Below are positions 20,785 to 26,239 of a DNA stretch of 26,239 nucleotides, in pieces (position 1 is the stretch's first letter; each line of letters starts with the position of its first letter). This DNA comes from Macrostomum lignano (Eukaryota): assembly GCA_002269645.1 (NCBI GenBank), contig NIVC01005102.1, positions 1 to 26,239 on the forward strand, in the 5' to 3' direction. The notes beneath the pieces are model-generated. The model was not told the DNA's origin, did not search any database, and was given only the letters and a program-made list of their open reading frames with translations. Position numbers and translations under genes: made by a program.

Positions 20785-20832
20785 TCCAAATTTGGAAATG
20801 ACCCCACACGTGACCGCCGCTTGCCACCTCAG

Positions 20833-21351
20833 GTGGAGTCGCAGTACCGCGAGGAGGTCATCAACACGATGGTGCGCTACTCGGAGGCTTCGCCCGACAC
20901 GCAGAAAGTTGAGATTATGAAGTACATTCTGTCCTTCGAGGCGCAGCACGTTCGCATGCTGGACCAGAGCTCGCAGTCGCAGCCGGAGGTGGAGGAGCGC
21001 AAGCGCAAAATGCTGCTGAAGAGCCTGCTCAAGACTGTCAGCATGGTTGCTGAGAACTATCGAACCACAGTGATCTCCAACGCTTTCCCATTTGATTTCC
21101 TGCCTCCCCTGCTGAAGATCTCTATGAACAGCGATCCCGGCATCCGGGTTGTGGTGCAGAACATCCTGCAGCACCTCATCGATAGGCACTCTTATCGGGA
21201 GGCCTTCAGTCGGGTGCGCCTACTGCCGTTGCCCGACAGCTCGACAGGTGCGCCGTCACCGCGGCACGACAAGCCGTCTCGGCAGGACATGCAGTTCATG
21301 CGGTCCGCCATGGGCAGCGAGCTGCTCACCCACCTGTACACCCAGCTGCAG
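20833..21351 (+). CDS. EFR3: EFR3 exon 7
   Basis: CCACCTCAG| ... CAG|GTGAGA; 173 codons: VESQYREEVINTMVRY...QKVEIMKYI...LLKSLLK...DPGIRVVVQNILQHLIDRH...LYTQLQ. Confidence 0.92.
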
Positions 21352-21775
21352 GTGAGAACTGCGCGGTTGTTATTCAAGTAATAATCATCTAGTAAAAAGT
21401 CTATGTAAATTAATCCAATGATATCAGTTTCTAAGATTTTCCTTGGGGGGGGGGAGGTGTCGCAGCCCAATGGTCCAGCACCGATCTCTGATGTACCAAT
21501 GGCCCAGACTCGATTCCAAGTTGTCAGTCACATTAATTTAGGGGCCAAATTGGAATCTCGGCTTGGCTCTGCTCGTGCCCAGAGCACAGTGAATTGTACA
21601 TGCGAAACGATAAATAAAGTTTATAGTGCGTATATGTGCGTATGACTGCGTACGTATCCGCGCGCTTGTGTGCCTGCTCAGGGGACTCGGCGGAATGGGC
21701 AGCAATGCCTCTCGCCTCTTGTGTGGCGATGTCGCTTAAAATGTGCCAGTGTGCCTCTAATGAAAAAATCTATCC

Positions 21776-22201
21776 TGAAAATCGTCTCTGTATCTTTCTT
21801 GAGAATCGTCTCTTGATCTCACATGAGAATCGTCTCTAAGATCTCACCTGAGAATCGTCTCTAAGATCTCACCTGAGAATCGTCTCTAAGATCTCACCTG
21901 AGAATCGTCTCTAAGATCTCACCTGAGAATCGTCTCTAAGATCTCACCTGAGAATCGTCTCTAGATCTCACCTGAGAATCGTCTCTAGATCTCACCTGAG
22001 AATCGCGTCTAGATTTTACATGAGAATGGTTTCTAGATCTCACATGGAAATCGTCTCTAGATCTCACCTGAGAATCGTGTCTAGATCTTACATTAGAATG
22101 GTTTCTAGATCTCACATGGAAATCGTCTCTAGATCTCACCTGAGAATCGTCTCTAGATCTCACCTGAAAATCTTCTCTAGATCTCACCTGAGAATGGTCT
22201 C
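21776..22201. repeat. 24/25-bp minisatellite, about 17 copies, in EFR3 intron 7
   Basis: Unit AGATCTCACCTGAGAATCGTCTCT(A); 25-bp copies come first and 24-bp copies later. Confidence 0.95.
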
Positions 22202-22267
22202 AAAATAGCCCCATTATGCCGTAATGCGAACGCCCCTCAGACTGAGCAGCTTGCTTCAATCCCGCAG

Positions 22268-22519
22268 GAGGAGAGCAACCGGGTGGACAACTTCGAGAAG
22301 CTGTACACCACCCTGTGCCTGCTGGCGCTGGAGACTGCGGCAGATGAAGCTCTGGTTGAGTTCTTTCGCCTCGGCCTGCAGACTCAGGACTTTCTAGTCA
22401 GCGATCGGTGCGGCCTGAAGATTGTGCACAAGTCTGCCGCCATGGCGGTTGTGGCCGCCCTCTTCACCCTGCTGTGCGGCCTGCAGCCTTGCAAAGGCAT
22501 CGACGCTCACGTGGCCGAG
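22268..22519 (+). CDS. EFR3: EFR3 exon 8
   Basis: TCCCGCAG| ... GAG|GTCGAA (weak donor); 84 codons EESNRVDNFEKLYTTLCLLALE...HVAE. Confidence 0.85.
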
Positions 22520-22639
22520 GTCGAAATTTATTCGATTTTTACAGAATATAGCAATCATGCACTTTGTGTGCTACTTATTTAGCTACTGGGCAGTAGAATG
22601 CCTAAACTCTATATATTTAATTCCGCTAAATGCACGCAG

Positions 22640-22716
22640 GTGATTGAACAGCGAAACAGCAAAGCGCCGCATTTTCTGCCTAAAGTGGCTTTCAATAGGA
22701 ATAATACAGCTAAGAG
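22640..22716 (+). CDS. EFR3: EFR3 exon 9
   Basis: GCACGCAG| ... AG|GTGAGT; VIEQRNSKAPHFLPKVAFNRNNTAK, matching the V...R...APY/F.LP motif. Confidence 0.85.
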
Positions 22717-22737
22717 GTGAGTCTGACTTGCTTTCTA

Positions 22738-22818
22738 GTGTCTGTCTTAGTGGCTGTCTGTCTGTCTGTCTCTCTGTCTGTCTGTCTGTCTGTCTGTCTT
22801 AGTGTCTTAGTGTCTTAG

Positions 22819-22881
<63 letters not shown>

Positions 22882-22966
22882 GTGTCTGTCTGTCTGTCTT
22901 AGTGGCTGTCTGTCTGTCTGTCTGTGTCTGTCTCTCTGTCTGTCTGTCTGTCTGTCTGTGTCTGTG

Positions 22967-23015
<49 letters not shown>

Positions 23016-23017
23016 GA
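22738..23017. repeat. (TGTC)n microsatellite with TTAGTG interruptions in EFR3 intron 9
   Basis: Directly visible tetranucleotide run of about 280 bp. Confidence 0.97.
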
Positions 23018-23054
23018 CTACACCCTGTATGCCATCACACTGTCCATCGCGCAG

Positions 23055-23218
23055 CTACGCCACCGAGTCCATCACTCCTGAGCTGCTGTTCTCAACCGAC
23101 CAGATCGAATCCGAGCTGAAGGCGGCCGGCTTCGACACCAGCACCCTGCGGCAGCCGTACGAGTCGCTGATGGACCTGCGTGCTAAGCTAGGTGACGAGA
23201 TAAACGCATCGAACAGAG
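23055..23218 (+). CDS. EFR3: EFR3 exon 10 (3' boundary uncertain: 23191, 23218 or 23229)
   Basis: CGCGCAG|C matches phase 2; [38 protein letters not shown] resembles LLF....I...L...G.....L..PY. Several candidate donors exist, of which GTGAGG at 23219 is the strongest. Confidence 0.8.
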
Positions 23219-23676
23219 GTGAGGCCATGGTCAGAGCTTGGTTTAAACAAATTGACTGTAATATTTTGCTGCAATTTAAGTTTGTCTGTTTGTTTTTATA
23301 AATTCGCTAGTACAATGATACATTTACATGTAAATACAAGAGTGCAAATAAGTATTAACTCCCGAACACTCGGCTATCTGGTCTACTAGGCGGATTTGTT
23401 GGATTCGGCAGGCAGCAGCCAAAGCGAAGGGAGTCAACATTTCACTGTAAATAATATCTGTGTATGCGTTTTGGCCGCCCTGATTCGATGGCTCAATAAT
23501 ATCAACGTGCTTCAATATATGCCCATTGTAGTTTCATAAATTTACATCTTTCTCAATACTTTGGCGTATTGATTCATTTAAATCAGTAATTGCTGCCAGA
23601 TAGATTGGTTGCGGGCCAGTTCCTTATCCATCAGTGTACTCTTATAGCTTAGCGAAATTTATACATTGTTCCCTCT

Positions 23677-23944
23677 CAATGTACACTCTGCCTGCCCCAC
23701 CAACTCATAGACCCTCTGCCTCTCTCCCCAATGTACACATTGCCTGCCCCCTTCAACCCATAGACCCTCTGCCTCTCTCCCCAATGTACACATTGCCTGC
23801 CCCCTCCAACCCATAGACCCTCTGCCTCTCTCCCCAATGTACACATTGCTTGCCCCCTCCAACCCATAGACCCTCTGCCTCTCTCCCCAATGTACACATT
23901 GCCTGCCCCCTCCAACCCATAGACCCTCTGCCTCTCTCCCCAAT
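23677..23944. repeat. 53-bp tandem repeat, 5 copies, in EFR3 intron 10
   Basis: Unit CAATGTACACATTGCCTGCCCCCTCCAACCCATAGACCCTCTGCCTCTCTCCC; starts at 23677, 23729, 23782, 23835, 23888. Confidence 0.96.
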
Positions 23945-24784
23945 CAATTTATTATTGATTTCGTTCTGCATGTAGGAATACTCTTTTGGGTATTAAATCT
24001 ATTATTGACTAATTGTTTCAATCTCTGACATTAATTGGTTTAAGTGAGTAGATTTATGATTTTTTCGAGTTTTTTTCATCTCACCTAAAGTTTAATAATG
24101 ATTAACAGTACAATGAATACTTTTTTCTGTACAGTACTTGTTCTTAAGAAAATTTATCTCTGCTTAAATTTAATTCTCACAACTTCCATTATCATTCCCA
24201 TTGTCCCCACAGATTGGGTTGTAGTGATGGAGAGTTCCTATATTATGGGGGGTGGCTTAAAATCCTTTTCATTTATCTGTGCAATTCGATGTATAAAATA
24301 TTAATATTAACAATAATAAACCACACAGCGATTATTTACCTATAGAGTCAATAATAATTGTTATTTCACTAATAATTTCTATCACTGTTTTTGCCGGATT
24401 TTTTTAAAATTCAAGTGAAACAAAATAATTTGCGCATTCGCACATTTCATTTTAGCAGTAGTACTAGTAGTAGTGCGATATAGGTTATCAAACATTTTGT
24501 TATAATTTATTTTTTAATATAATCCTTTGTTTTAGTTCGTAAGTATGAGGCACCCGGTTGAATCCGGGTGGATCAGTTTGATAAACGGCAGATCATTGAT
24601 TAGATTAATTTGTTATAACTATTTTAACTAACCACATTAACACGTGTTTTTAACCACTAACATTTGCGTAGCATTTGATGTTATTGTTATTATTTATTGA
24701 TTTCATTGCATTTGCTTTTATTTGTTAACTTAAGTTTTGGTTTTTAACTTCTGCAGTTTTTGCATGCCCAGTGAGCTCCGCATC

Positions 24785-25130
24785 TCTGCTTTTTTCTTTG
24801 TCTCCCTTTCCACATCATGTGTACCTCTACCTCCACCTCCTATCTACCTCCATTCTCCTCTCGTATCTCACTCTCCACCTCTTCTATCTACCTCTCCACC
24901 TATCTCCCTCTTTAACTCTCCTATCTGTTTCTCTCCTCTCCTGTCTCCCTCTCTGCCTCTCCTATCTTATCTACCTCTTTCCTCCCACCTCTTCTATGTA
25001 CCTCTCCCTTCCCTAATTTCCACCCTCTCTCTAGATCCTCTCTTCTTTATCTCATCCTCTCCCTCACTTTTTCCCATATCTCCTTTCTTCCTTTTCCCAC
25101 TCTAATCTATTTTATCCCTCTCTTTCATGG
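24785..25130. repeat. Pyrimidine-rich (C/T) low-complexity tract
   Basis: About 350 bp dominated by CT, CCT and CTCT motifs with very few G. Confidence 0.85.
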
Positions 25131-25463
25131 CTCCTGCCAAGATATTGATCACCGGTAAAAAGATAGTGTATAAAGTTATTATCGATACATATCGGTGAAT
25201 CAACTTTAGTACTATCTAGCGGCTCAATGTGCACGAGGATCTTCGACTGCGTTTAGGATTAGAAAAAAAGTGCAATGCTAAAAAATCAGCCATTCCTTTC
25301 TCATCCAAGCTTACTAACGCAACCAATAGCTAAGTTTAGCTATGTACGCTATTTTTATCTTCTGTTGATGGTCAAAATTTCGATGATTGAATCTCCGCCC
25401 TCCCCCCGAATTTTTCATCACTGCAAGATTTCCGCGACTTCATGCAAACTGTCGGGGCGCCAG

Positions 25464-25602
25464 GCGCGATCGTCGGGAAAGCGCCTGGTCTCTGGCGCCT
25501 TCGGTTAGCGACGAGAGCGTCGGAGCCGGTCGCGTCGGCTCAGCCGGTCCGACAGCCTGTCGGATTTGGATCTGTCTTTCGGCGCGTTTAGGAAGATTAT
25601 GT
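25464..25602 (+). CDS. EFR3: Probable EFR3 exon 11 (5' boundary and frame ambiguous)
   Basis: SDSLSDLDLSFGAFRKIM (25548-25601) resembles the EFR3 ITFEALKKAI region and ends at T|GTGAGT, followed by a repeat-filled intron. The acceptor is either 25463 (needs a -1 shift near 25547) or 25508. Confidence 0.55.
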
Positions 25603-25615
25603 GTGAGTTTTGGTG

Positions 25616-26239
25616 GCTTAGTGAGCTTGTAGTCTGTGCTCAGTGATCTTGTAGTCTGTGTGCTTAGTGAGCTTGTAGTCTGTGCTTAGTGAGCTTGTAG
25701 TCTGTGCTCAGTGATCTTGTAGTCTGTGCTTAGTGAGCTTGTAGTCTGTGCTCAGTGATCTTGTAGTCTGTGCTTAGTGAGCTTGTAGTCTGTGCTCAGT
25801 GATCCTGTAGTCTGTGCTTAGTGATATTGTAGTCCGTGCTTAGTGATCTTGTAGTCTGTGCTCAGTGATCTTGTAGCTGTGCTCAGTGATATTGTAGTCC
25901 GTGCTTAGTGATATTGTAGTCTGTGCTCAGTGATCTTGTAGTCCGTGCTTAGTGATATTGTAGTCTGTGCTCAGTGATCTTGTAGCTGTGCTCAGTGATA
26001 TTGTAGTCCGTGCTTAGTGATCTTGTAGTCTGTGCTCAGTGATCTTGTAGCTGCTGCTCAGTGATATTGTAGTCTGTGCTCAGTGAGCTTGTAGTCTGTG
26101 CTCAGTGAGCTTGTAGTCTATGATCTGCAGTCTGTGCTCAGTGATCCTGCAGTTTATGCTCAGTGATCTGCCAGTCTATGCTTAGTGATCCTTGCAGTCT
26201 ATGCTTAGTGATCCTGCAGTCTATGCTTAGTGATCCTGC
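25616..26239. repeat. 22-bp minisatellite, about 28 copies, running off the window (EFR3 intron 11)
   Basis: Unit GTGA(G/T)CTTGTAGTCTGTGCT(T/C)A, drifting to GTGATCCTGCAGTCTATGCTTA at the 3' end. Confidence 0.96.

Larger units (their letters stand above)
11636..25602 (+). other. EFR3: EFR3 homolog gene span (3'-incomplete), about 11 coding exons in the window
   Basis: The spliced translation MPRRCQGCCGMCKPRWVRLVDNIYP...KLNSLTHYSCRNPEKLARIAEYLESRLQRDL...GTQSFEKFSEIDKETPNY...HLDHNPDLWAPNRFA...EVIEQRNSKAPHFLP is collinear with animal EFR3A/B and fly Rbo/stmA as I recall them. GT-AG boundaries keep the frame across exons 1-10. Confidence 0.92.

Noticed and set aside
16479-21381. 890-, 779-, 412-, 321- and 279-aa ORFs as standalone repetitive proteins
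   Set aside because: They derive from a stop-free 28-bp unit (not a multiple of 3) inside GT-AG introns. The EFR3 exons join in frame without them.
22818-23081. SVCL-repeat ORFs
   Set aside because: Translation of the (TGTC)n microsatellite.
23389-23432. Small bridging EFR3 exon (GFVGFGRQQPKRR) that would reconcile the phases of exons 10 and 11
   Set aside because: The phases fit, but the donor (GTCAAC) and acceptor are weak and there is no homology support.
24551-24570. CACCCGG-TTGAAT-CCGGGTG hairpin as a Helitron 3' end or terminator
   Set aside because: No CTRR followed by T at the expected position on either strand, no matching 5' TC end, and a 7-bp stem can arise by chance.

Overview
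This is eukaryotic (animal) genomic DNA, with no bacterial features and no CRISPR array. GC3-rich exons, minisatellite-filled introns and RTE/LOA-type retrotransposons suggest an invertebrate such as the flatworm Macrostomum; this is an inference from sequence style only. The right 60% of the window holds a multi-exon + strand EFR3 homolog (membrane anchor of the PI4KIIIalpha complex). I reconstructed it from splice signals and frame continuity: a 7-nt first coding exon at 11636, exons 2-10 between 15958 and 23218 (about 715 codons in total), a probable exon 11 near 25.5 kb, and a 3' end outside the window. Most introns from 4 onward are filled with tandem repeats, and introns 4 and 6 carry the same 28-bp unit. 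Intron 1 holds a 5'-truncated antisense LOA/Lian-type non-LTR element (open RNase H + CCHC frame) fused to a 350-bp fold-back, plus a hAT MITE. The left part contains the end of a probable PAN/apple-domain CDS, an RTE remnant, a 19-copy ~80-bp satellite, a degraded RT remnant with a nested hAT MITE, and a two-exon 199-aa gene of unknown function with a three-His motif and a C-terminal glycine zipper. The best candidates for novelty are that toxin-like gene, the fold-back/retroelement junction, and the repeat architecture of the EFR3 introns. All coordinates and translations were done by hand and no database search was run.
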